The notes under the pieces were generated by a model, which was not told where the DNA came from, ran no database searches, and saw nothing but the letters and a program-made list of their open reading frames with translations. This document shows positions 53,826-64,000 of a stretch of 64,000 nt of DNA, piece after piece. Every line of letters starts with the position of its first letter. The stretch's first letter is position 1. The position numbers and the translations under genes were made by a program. The stretch comes from Eledone cirrhosa (taxonomy: Eukaryota): positions 7,874,001 to 7,938,000 of the forward strand of contig OZ024746.1 of assembly GCA_964016885.1 (NCBI GenBank). Reading direction: 5' to 3'.

Positions 53826-54994
53826 GTATATCTGTGTATGAAAGAGAGAGTGTGTATGTGTTTATGTTCATATGTATACATGATAAGTCTAAATATATGA
53901 ATGGTATGGTATAGTCCCGTAACTCCTGATGGAGTTGTAGGGTCATTGTATTGACAAACACCATTTATTGGGCATCTTTAAGCCTGGTAGAACCTTTCCC
54001 CCCTTCAGGCCTAAATATATGAATACTCAAATATAAATATACTGGTGCCGTGTATGTGAATTTGGTGATGGTGGGCATCTTTTTGTGTGTATGCATGTGT
54101 GTGAATAGGAGAATCTCAATATTTGATGACAGAGGTTTCACAAAGAGCAAGACCAAGATATAGCTCTAGATGTCTTTATTTTGCCTCAGATCAGCCCTGA
54201 TTCTTCTTCTTCTTGCTCTTCCTCAGTGAGGCTGGGGTCATCTTAAGCCAATGATCCCAAAGCATCATCGCATGTAGAGCCTTGATTACACAAAACTATA
54301 ATCAATGGAGGTTTCAGCTGTGAATCTGCAGTTATCTGTAAACCAACGACCATACTGTCTAATGCTATACTTTATTTCAACTGCTAGGATGGGATTTGAG
54401 GGAGATTTGGCTGCCATTTCTGACAGGTCTAACAGGGCAAGCAATTGTCTAGAGAATTCTTCATTGGTTCATAATCTTGTCATTGGTGTTGTTATTTAGC
54501 CCAAGGTCAGAACTGATCACATAGAACTACAAACAAATGTATCCTTTTTAGAAGGTAGGAGCAACTGTATAAAGATTTATTTCTTCATGGGCTCATAATG
54601 TTGTTGTTTAGCCCAGGGTCAGACCTGATCACATAAAACAAATGTAACCTTTTTAGATGGTAGGAGGTTATTTGAGAAGAGATTTGGCTACTATTTCTAG
54701 CAAGTCGAGTTCAGTAGGAGAATGTTTGCCTGCAACTAGTTTTTAATTAATAGTAAATGATGTATATAATCCGTTATAACCTATATGAATTGACGGAGGA
54801 GAATCAGCAGTAGAGAATGTGTACATTTGATATGTTATCTCTCTATATATACACCCACTCGAAATGACAGTATTTATGAGATCATCTCAACAAATAATCT
54901 CTCTCACTCATATATATATATATGTATATATATATACATATATATATATATGTATATATATATACATATATATATATATATAATGTATATATGC

Positions 54995-55042
<48 letters not shown>

Positions 55043-55047
<5 letters not shown>

Positions 55048-55244
55048 AACGAGTAGGACCCCGACGGCTGAGCTCAAGCCGTTTCGACGGCTAATTCTGG
55101 ACTAATTAGTCCAGAATTAGCCGTCGAAACGGCTTGAGCTCAGCCGTCGGGGTCCTACTCGTTCCTATTACCCACTCTACTACCCTAAGTATTGAGTACT
55201 TTGGTGCGTTATGGTCCACCTGGTTCCTTACCACATTTCCTTCG

Positions 55245-55246
<2 letters not shown>
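55043..55246 (+). mobile_element. Fold-back element: perfect 126-bp palindrome plus unique 3' extension, carrying the 3' half of a hammerhead
   Basis: 55043-55168 is a perfect palindrome (apex 55105|55106); GAAA-CGGCT-TGAGCTC-AGCCG-TC at 55126-55148; GTATTGAGTAC at ~55189; flanked by (TA)n. Confidence 0.85.
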
Positions 55247-55293
<47 letters not shown>

Positions 55294-55295
55294 TT

Positions 55296-55708
55296 CTAGG
55301 GCGGGTAAAATTCCCGAGATCCATGGACAAGTTCTCTCCAGCGGTCTCTGTCCCCAACAGACCAGTGTCTGTCCTTAGGGCATCAACATACGTTAACATT
55401 GGTCTTCCTCTTCCAATGTGTCCATGTAGGGGCTCTCACTGGAGCACTGGGTGCAATGTCAACTCTGGATGTCGGTGAGCATGTCCAGCTAACCTCAGTC
55501 TCCTCTGTGTCACTTTTGAACTGACTTTTGGGAGGCTCCCATACAGCTCTGAGTTCTTCATCCTCAGTGTAGACTGATCAGTGTTCAGAGCCATCCTCAG
55601 CATTCTCGTGTAGCACCCATCAACCATCTGAGTGAGTTTCTTGGTCAGTGTCCAAGTCTCAGACCCGTACAGCAGCACAGACTCCACTACAGCAATGAAG
55701 AGGCAGAT

Positions 55709-55713
<5 letters not shown>
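55296..55713 (-). mobile_element. 5'-truncated RTE LINE (same family as 45741-46054) inside (TA)n
   Basis: [49 protein letters not shown]; same 3' end CCCGCCCTAG. Confidence 0.9.
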
Positions 55714-55782
<69 letters not shown>

Positions 55783-55939
55783 GCATATATGTATATATAT
55801 ATATAATGCATATATGTATATATATATATATATAATGCATATATGTATATATATATATATAATGCATATATGTATATATATATATATAAATATATATATA
55901 TATAATGCATATATGTATATATATATATATATATAATGC

Positions 55940-55980
<41 letters not shown>

Positions 55981-56032
55981 ATGCATATATATATATATAA
56001 TATATATGTATATATATATATATAATGCATAT

Positions 56033-56064
<32 letters not shown>

Positions 56065-56094
56065 ATGCATATATATATATATATATATATATAA

Positions 56095-56130
<36 letters not shown>

Positions 56131-56150
56131 GCATATATATATATATATGC
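55714..56150. repeat. (TA)n with periodic AATGCA interruptions
   Basis: Directly visible. Confidence 0.92.
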
Positions 56151-57443
56151 AAAAGTTTTATTTAAAATTGTTGGGTTACAACGAGTAAATATTTTATAAC
56201 TGATATAAAAGCACTCAACAGTTTTTGGAGTAGGTTTACGATATTAAACAAATGGAAACTATATTTATAAAACCATATTTATTTCGTTATATATATTTCT
56301 GGGATATCATATTAAAAATATGGTATGCCTTCCTCAGACAAAATACAATATATAAGCTGTTTTATAAATAATTTTGACATACCTTAGAATAATGCAACTT
56401 CCATTTAAAAAGTTGATTTGGTAGTGAAACTGTTGAGGACAGTTATAGAGAAAGAAAAACGAAGATAAACAGAAGAAGATGAAGAGATGTATGTAAAGAA
56501 AAGCAACAGAGCGAGATAGAGAGAGAAGGAGATATGGGAGAGAGAAATATATATATATTGAGGAAGTGAAAAAATAGTAGGCAGCTTGGGGACAGATGAT
56601 CGTACAAGTGTGAAGTTAAGGAGGGAAGGGATACAGTTAAAATAGCCGACAGATAAATCACGTCCAGTGTAGAGGAGAAAAAGAAAGAAAGATGATATAT
56701 TTAAAATATATTATGTCTCATCCATTTGAATTATCAATTTTTATGAATTAGGTATTATAATGTAAATATCAATATTCATGAATGAGACACATATCCATAA
56801 TGTGTGAAAAAAATGACCCCATGCTTAGTTTAAAAATTCTTAGGTCTATAAGCAAAATCTGAGACAAAACTTCAAACATAAGTATATATGCATTCTCATG
56901 AAAAAAGAGAAGGTTATCTCAAATTCAAGTTTATAATTATAGACACACATGTGAACTTACGTGATATGCTCCGCAGATTCTTATTTTTCATGAAAATCTT
57001 CATTGTGTTACAAAAGATTCCACCATACATATATGTCCATACATATATATATATAGACATAAAATATACATTAACATTTATAGTAATATTCCTGCCCTCA
57101 CTTACATGATTATCGATCAAGCATAGAATAGACAACAGATATCAATATTAAAAATTAGACAACAGATATCAATATTAAAAATTAAAAACGCCAATAATAT
57201 CTTCGTCACTCCACAGAGTATCTAGGGACGTAAGAGAACATAGTATGCCACGCATATATATATGTATATATATGTATATATATATGTATATATATGTATA
57301 TATATATGTATATATATGTATATATATGATATATATGTATATATAAATCAAGGAAACAAGAAAAAAACAAACAAGAGGATGCAACAACATGAAGTGTATT
57401 AGTTTCACACTTGGAGGAAGAAGAATGAGTTTTATATATATAT

Positions 57444-58201
57444 ATTAGAAAGTGAGGGATTTTTTACAAAATGAAAAATAACCGAGGTGTCCTACACGAG
57501 TGAAAGTATAAAGAAAAGATGAAATCGAAAATGCAACTGGAGTTGTTTTTTTTTTAAATATATATTTATTTGGTTCCTTTACCGGTTTCGCAGTTCTTCT
57601 GCTTTTAATTGGAGACAATTGTGCAAATTCTTCTTGCTAAGTTAAAAGGGATGTTCGTCTTCGTTATTCTCCTTGTCAAAGAATTCCTCTGTGAGACGTA
57701 ATTTTCTACAGAAGTGTGAGATGTCGTCATTTATCTCATTGAGGTTAGAGTATTGTGGTGTGAATTTCAGTCCTTTGGAGAGAATTTTAATTTGTTGGGC
57801 TGAGAGGTTTGCATTTGAAAGGTTGATTATTTTCGGTTTTTCAAAATCGGTTTGTGCCACCGGGTGTCACGGGTCCTGTAGCCTTGGTCTAAAAAATGAT
57901 TTTTCTGAATTGTTTTTTCATGGGTATTATTATATCTAATGGCATTTCCCCTGTTGCTATGTGGTCTTGTATAGAAGTTTCGGACGTATTGAGGTTCGGT
58001 TTGTTGATAGTCCGGGTTGTAGATTTTGTTCCTTTGTGTGGGTTGGGATCTACGATTTTGGAACAGGTTCTGTGTGGGTTGGGGTCTACGGTTTTGGAAT
58101 AGGTTTTGTGTGGGTTGTGATCTGCGGATCGGGTCCTGTCTTGAGTTGGGGGACATTCAGTTTTTGTTAGTAGGGTTATAGTTTTGTCTATGGGTTCTGG
58201 G

Positions 58202-58205
<4 letters not shown>
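57444..58205 (-). mobile_element. Penelope-like element remnant (ORF N-terminal region joined to a terminal segment)
   Basis: ORF 57642-57860 KIINLSNANLSAQQIKILSKGLKFTP..ISHFCRKLRLTEEF matches the PLE N-terminal NLS..L..GL.F.P motif; 36-bp repeats upstream; GCAG-AAGAA-CTGC-GAAACCGGTA degenerate hammerhead-like 3' half near 57580-57602; flanked by (TA)n. Confidence 0.7.
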
Positions 58206-58257
<52 letters not shown>

Positions 58258-58258
<1 letters not shown>

Positions 58259-58476
58259 GTGACAAAATCAGCAGTGGTGGAGGGTGCTCTGAAAGTACAG
58301 TAGCCAGAGTCATAACGAGATGGAAAAGTTCAGAGAGCTTATACCACTAAAGGTTTCTCTCTAAAGATTGTATGATGCCTGCATATGAACAACAATGTTA
58401 CATGGCAGTGAGACATGGGCATTGTGTGCAGAGGACCTGCGTAGACTGGAGAGGAACGAAGCATGCATGCTCCATA
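58258..58476 (+). mobile_element. RTE LINE internal fragment (post-RT region)
   Basis: GDKISSGGGCSESTVARV..W / FREL..LYDACI*TTMLHGSETWALCAEDLRRLERNEACML. Confidence 0.8.
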
Positions 58477-58879
58477 TCTGGTTGACCGTTAACATTCAAA
58501 TCATTTAATTTAAGTTAGTTCAGAGTAATGAATAATATTTTAGGTTATAAAAGTTAATAAATATCTGTATTAATATTAAATTTATAAAATAAAATTTAAA
58601 GGATTTACAAATACAAGAGAGAAAACAATCTTTTTACAACATCACGAAGGTAAACTTTACTAAATTTATTATATAATATTAAATTACTTATATTATATTG
58701 ATTTATTATTATTTCGATTTATTATTATTATAATTTATATTAACACTATTATTACTTCGAAATCTTCTATTGATAGTGCTTATATTGCTGTTAATGTTAT
58801 TCATAGTATCAATATTGTTAGTGTTATTATATTCATTATTGTGAATATAGTGTTATTATATTCATTATTGTGTTATTAA

Positions 58880-60270
58880 AAGTATGCTGATTCTGGTTTA
58901 GAATTCTACTATTTAATTTAGCGATGTTTTGGGCCATATTCATAGTTGTAGAATAAGAAAGCTTAATTGTGTGTCTATTAAATATGGAACGGTATTTATG
59001 TTGAATAGGGAAGGAGTTATCTAAAGCTTTAAAGAATAGATTAGCGAGTGGTGTTTTTATTGCTACAGAAGCAGAGGGGGGGGGGGCATATAACTGATTT
59101 AGTTATGTTTTTTTTCCCCGATTTATTCACAGTACAGGTGTTTGAATTATAATTTTTAGAATTTCGTTTATACATGTCAGGCATATTATTTTTATCAGGA
59201 TTAAGATGCAAATTATTATTGTTTATATATTCTATATTATTTTTATAACCTGCCTTTCTTAGCGCATCATTGTAATATCCTGCTTTTTCATCAAATATGG
59301 ATTTATTAGCAGTTTATATGCGTTTCTGTACACTATTGACAATAGCATTTTTCACAGATTTAGGGTGATTAGAGTAATAACTAACGTAATTTAAATTTTC
59401 ATTGGGCTTATTATGGAAAGGGTAATAAAAACCAGAGTTTAAGTTAAGGGTAATATCAAGGAAATTAACTATTTTGGTACCACTTTCAACCTCTAATTTA
59501 AGGTCGTAATTTTTAAAGAATTCAATTATATTTTTCTTAACTCTATCTAGTTCTGTATTGCTGTGTTTGAGAACCGTAAATAAAATATCGACCCTATATA
59601 AACCACCGGTAATCTCCGTCAGTTTTCTATTTACCATATTTAAGATGAAAATCCCCAGAAGATCTGTGACTTGCGCTGAGTCCGATGATCCCATGGTAAT
59701 GTCAAAGTTTCTATTTCTATCCAAGCGGGTCCAATACTCATTGTTGAAATTAATTAGAGTTCTTCTAGCAGTTAATATGATATCGATTTCATCTGTAGTT
59801 AGGTCTGTATGCTTGTAAGCGTAGAATAAAGCCTTATTTAATAGGTTAGGTGTAATGGAAGAGTAATAGCTTGCTATGTCCGTTTGGATGAATTTGTGGT
59901 TTTTCTTATCATCTATATTTTTAAACCAATCAATCACTTCATTGGTGTCCTTCCATAAACTCAATTTAGACCTCAATTTCAGAATAGGTAGAATTCTATC
60001 AATAATATTCTTACTGATTACTCCAATATCCGATTTAGATGGAGCAATCAGTCTAACTGGCAGGTCTTCCTCAAAGTTTCTTTTGTGATCCTTAAAATTT
60101 ATCCTCGGCTGTCTAGGTATAAAAGGCTCGGTTCTTCCTTCAATTTCAAATTTTGCTATTAATTTATATGCATCATTATTGATGTCTGTAAGATCTTCGG
60201 CCGGGGCTTTTCTATAATTTTTCCTTAGTTCTTTTAAAATCAAATCATTTTATTCATCTTTATTTATCCC
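58880..60270 (-). mobile_element. Penelope-like retroelement RT, Naiad-type, inactivated (pseudo-ORF 60243-59314 plus in-frame continuation)
   Basis: KDHKRNF..PVRLIAPSKSDIG, VIDWF, DIASYYSSI, FDITMGS.D.AQV, GLYRVD (catalytic YRDD mutated), VNFLDITLNL, SNHP; after TAA continues ..YYNDALRKAGY..PPP..FP..H..IFNRHTIKLSYS. No GIY-YIG domain seen. Confidence 0.85.
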
Positions 60271-60457
60271 ATTATATTATATATATATATGTGTGTGTGT
60301 AAAGTAAAAGGAAAAAACACAACAGATATTGTCCTGTTGTGAGATAAGACAGATCAAGTGACCGTGTCTTGCTCTCATACAAAACTTTTTCTATGGTTGG
60401 ATGTCCTTCCTAATGCCAACAACATTTACAGGGTGGGCTGGGTGAAATATATATATA

Positions 60458-60659
60458 TAAGTTATTCCGGGTTGAATCGGAGGTAACCACAAGTACTCAA
60501 TACATAGCAGAGTATAAAAGTTGTAATATAGAAGAGCTTCTACAGGACTAGAACTGTTTCATTCATGAGAAATCATCAGGAAGCTGGCTGTCCAATTTAT
60601 TGAGAGTTAATTCTTTAACATATATATATATATGTTAAAGAATTAACTCTCAATAAATT
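60458..60659 (-). mobile_element. Penelope-like terminal repeat fragment bearing a hammerhead ribozyme
   Basis: Minus strand order: 66-bp perfect palindrome (60594-60659), hammerhead, GTATTGAGTAC, (TA)n. Confidence 0.7.
60535..60585 (-). ncRNA. Type I hammerhead ribozyme
   Basis: Minus strand AGCUUC-CUGAUGA-UUUCUCAUGAAU-GAAA-CAG-UUCUAGUC-CUG-UA^-GAAGCU: 6-bp stem I, intact core, weak stem II (UUC/GAA), 3-bp stem III plus A-U, GUA cleavage triplet. Confidence 0.8.
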
Positions 60660-60718
60660 TCTCCTTCTGACCAATTCTTCCTGCCTAGTTATTCCTGTTT
60701 TTCCTGGTACCATACTTA

Positions 60719-60888
60719 TTGGCAGTATCGGTAGAGGGCCAGATGCCATGCTTTACAGCATAGAATTACGGCCCTTTACGTACTGAGTTCAAATCCCACC
60801 GAGGTTAACTTTCATCTTTAAAATATAGTACCAGTAATACACTGGGTAATTGCTGGCCTTGTGCCAAATGTAGAAACAATTATTATTA
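60719..60888 (+). mobile_element. tRNA-derived SINE (family of 49007-49177)
   Basis: TTGGCAGTATCGG A-box, GAGTTCAAATCC B-box, ends GTAGAAACAATTATTATTA. Confidence 0.85.
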
Positions 60889-61184
60889 CATGTGTGTACG
60901 TGTGTATATATACAATATATACACATGTATACATCAGCCAGTACTATATAGATAGAGGGAGAGAGGAGTCATCTGGTAGTAAGATCTTTATCCAAGATTA
61001 TAGATAGCTATTAAATAGTTTCACAATAAACACTGACCTTCTTTATAAATCAGAAATCAAGAAATCTTAACATATTCTTTATATCAAATAACCTTCACAT
61101 TATAATACATATTTATTTATCTTACTATTCATTTCATATTCAGCTTAACAAATGGGAAATCATAAATCTGTTATAGAAACATTT

Positions 61185-61585
61185 CACACATACACACATC
61201 AAAACACACATACACGCATCAACACACACATACACACATTCACTCACACATACACGCACATCAACATACACACATTCACACACACACATCAACACACACA
61301 CACATTCACACATACACAGACACATCAACACACACAAACATATCAACACACACCCACATTCACACATTCACTCACACACAAACACATCAACACACACACA
61401 CATTTCACACATCTCTCACACACACACATCAACACACACAAACACATCAACACACATTCATACATTCACACACATTCATACATTCACTCACACACACATA
61501 CACGCATACTCATTCACTCACTCATACACACACACCCTCACTCGCATACACACATAAACACACATACACATACGTACATATGTCA
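61185..61585. repeat. Degenerate (CA)n tract
   Basis: Directly visible. Confidence 0.9.
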
Positions 61586-61916
61586 TTAACACATCTCTCT
61601 AGGAGAAGGTCACTCAGATAAAAATCCTGTGACATTGTTTACATCCAATGATGTAGACCAGTTCTACATTTTGAGTAAATGCATTCAATATTCTGAGAGT
61701 GAGATTGGCCTCAAACAAAGCCTTTCCTCACGTAAAAAAGCTTCAAGCACAGGCATTGCTTGATATGTGACATTTTTTGCTATGCATGGTATTGCTGGCC
61801 ATAGGCAAGTCCTTAGCAGGACTAAAAAGCCACGTCCGTGATACTCATGCTTAAGTATCAAATGGTAGCATTACTCAAAATCAGGCTGCAGCCATCATAT
61901 ATATATATGTATGTGT

Positions 61917-62123
61917 GTAATAGGAACAAGTAAGACCCTGACGGCTGAGCTCAAGCCGTTTCGACGGCTAATTCTGGACATAATTAGTCCAGAATTAGCC
62001 GTCGAAATGGCTTGAGCTCAGCCGTCGGGGTCTTACTTGTTCCTATTACCCACTCTACTACCCTAAGTATTGAGTACTTTGGTGCATTATGGTCCACCTG
62101 GTTCCTTACCACATTTCCTTCGT
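61917..62123 (+). mobile_element. Second copy of the 55043 fold-back element
   Basis: Palindrome 61917-62049 with the same apex and the same 3' extension. Confidence 0.88.
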
Positions 62124-62148
62124 TATATGTATGTGTGTATATATATTT

Positions 62149-62458
62149 TAAAAAAAGGAAAAGAATGACTTCACTTGTAGTTCTAGACAATTTGATTTAA
62201 TTTTATATTATTATGATTTTACAATTTTGTTTTGAAGATCTAGTAAGTTCTTTGTTTACTTCGGTGCGGAGATTTTTAAAGATTCCTGGTTAACTTGTGA
62301 GAGTTCTCCAGGAAAGTTAACCAAGAATCTTTAAAAATCTCCCCACTAAAGTTAACAAAGAACTTACTCGATCTACAAAACCAAATTGTAAAATCATATT
62401 ATAAAATTAAATCAAATTGTCTAGAACTACAAAGGAAGTAATTCTTTTCCTTTTTTTA
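62149..62458. repeat. ~310-bp imperfect inverted repeat (~148-bp arms, 17-nt spacer)
   Basis: AAAAAAAGGAAAAGAAT..GGTTAACTT [62297-62313] AAGTTAACC..ATTCTTTTCCTTTTTTT. Confidence 0.88.
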
Positions 62459-62684
62459 GATATACCTAACTGTACCAAGGATTTCACACATTTTCCAATA
62501 TATATCAGTGTGCAGGAAAGGTAGCAATTCCATCCTATGCCCCAAATGCAAAGCTATGGGTACATAAAATATGTAGTGGGATCACAGGCAGACTATCACA
62601 AAACATAGGTTTTATATGAAGCCGATATTTGGTTATTGTCATATAAATTATAATAATTTTCAGATTTATCATGAGAACTTAGAA

Positions 62685-63301
62685 TCTATATATATAAAGT
62701 TGTAGTACCTGTCTGTTTGGTTGGTTGTTTGTTTGTTTGGTTGGTTGGTTGTTTGTTTGTTTGTTTGGTTGGTTTGTTTGTTTGTTTGGTTGGTTGGTTG
62801 GTTGGTTGTTTGTTTGTTCACGAACTCCTCCTATGGTTTTGGAGATAGATCCCCATAACCATATATATTCTGAAACTACATTGCCCAGGGTACTTGGATA
62901 AGTATATTTAATTTTAATCAAAGAGTTCCCTGGGCGCACAAACCCCCGCTGAAAATGTTTTCCCTTTTATTTATATGAAATTTAAACCATAGGTAAATGA
63001 CAAGATATGATACCTATTCACAAAATTTCAGTAAATTTCAATAATATTAAGACACCCTAATGGGGGTTAAACCCCCTATAGTGAAAATTTTGGAAGCCCA
63101 TAACTTGAGTATTGGAACCTCTATTATCACGGGGTTTTTCTATTAATTAAACATAAATCAATAAAAAAAGCATCTCTCTTTTATAGTAAAATTTGGCTAA
63201 TTTAGACCAAACATCACTAGAATTATGACAACAAAAATTATTAGTTAATGCCTCTACTTTTTTATGTGTGAAACGCAGCAAGGCGCAGGTAATTCGGCTA
63301 G
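62685..63301 (+). mobile_element. Non-autonomous Helitron with internal (GTTT/GGTT)n
   Basis: A|TCTATATATATAAAG...GC-rich subterminal CGCAGCAAGGCGCAGG...CTAG|T: canonical TC/CTAG ends in an AT target, no TSD. Confidence 0.85.
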
Positions 63302-63564
63302 TTCTTGATAAAAATGTCTATTTATTTGAGAATATGGTTTAATATATGTCCCCTAGAGCTTTAGCAGTGTCTATGGACCAATGGTTGAAAATCAAGATAA
63401 GAAATAATGAATTAATAAATTTTTAATAACATAAAAGGAATTTAACCAAAGTTTCCTTAAATGTCTTGTAATGACTTTTAATATAATAGCTTGTCAAACT
63501 ACGTCATTAACTGAAGTGTCTTAATTGATTTGAACTTAAAATCAATGATAGAGTAATACACTTT

Positions 63565-63637
<73 letters not shown>

Positions 63638-63842
63638 ACAATAACGAGTCAGACAATTAAATATCACCCGTTTCACTTCCAGATTGTTATTACCAGGGAT
63701 GGTTCACAGGATTGGTGAGCTCTTGTTTCTGCAATAGGATATGATCAAAGCAGAGATTTAGTTTAACTCTTTAGCAACTCGGACCAAGGAAACATTTCTA
63801 ATGGCTGACACTATCTACCAGTCACAACTCCTGCCAACCTTT

Positions 63843-63932
63843 GTAATAATAATAATTGTTTCTACTTTTGGCACAAGGCCAGCAATTACCCAGTAGATTA
63901 CTGGTACTTTATTTTATCGACTCCGTAAGGAT
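63843..63932 (-). mobile_element. SINE 3' portion (family of 47653 / 49007)
   Basis: TAATAATTGTTTCTACTTTTGGCACAAGGCCAGCAATT..CTGGTACTTTATTTTATCGAC. Confidence 0.75.
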
Positions 63933-64000
63933 TGAGTTTAATTTAGGCACAAGACCAGTGACTGGCTGGTGGTGGTGGGGGGGGGGGGGGGGTGATTACA

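Noticed and set aside
59314-59316. Selenocysteine recoding in the Naiad-type ORF
   Set aside because: The in-frame stop is TAA, not TGA, and no SECIS was identified.
61602-61763. Possible exon EGHSDKNPVTLFTSNDVDQFYIL.. after CTCTCTAG
   Set aside because: Short open frame with no recognisable homology and only weak splice support.
63660-63722. Second hammerhead on the minus strand (CTGGTAA...GAAACGGG)
   Set aside because: The core deviates from CTGANGA and no convincing stems I or III form.

Overview
Repeat-dominated animal (metazoan) genomic DNA with no convincing host protein-coding gene. The SINE families and very high microsatellite load suggest a cephalopod such as octopus, but this is inference. 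About half of the window is tandem arrays: 30-bp (1-6780), 22-bp, 27+5n-bp, a 336-unit indel-free 32-bp array (13141-23892), 47-bp, an 8.1-kb 19+(CCA)n array that produces spurious ~2750-aa ORFs, and AT-rich palindromic arrays. The rest is decayed retrotransposons (RTE, CR1, CRE-like and HERO-like RLE elements, Penelope-like elements including a Naiad-type RT), many tRNA-derived SINEs, two non-autonomous Helitrons and a TTAA (piggyBac-type) MITE. Three observations stand out. (1) A near-intact type I hammerhead ribozyme lies at 60535-60585(-), and a set of short (TA)n-embedded fold-back elements shares its downstream (G)TATTGAGTAC-like motif; several carry only the 3' half of a hammerhead, and two related copies show mirror-compensated substitutions. 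(2) Two retrotransposon insertions are 5'-inverted (twin-priming geometry), one of them in a restriction-like-endonuclease CRE-type element. (3) Three minisatellites visibly arose from inside identifiable retroelements. Family assignments come from manual translation and recalled motifs, not database searches.
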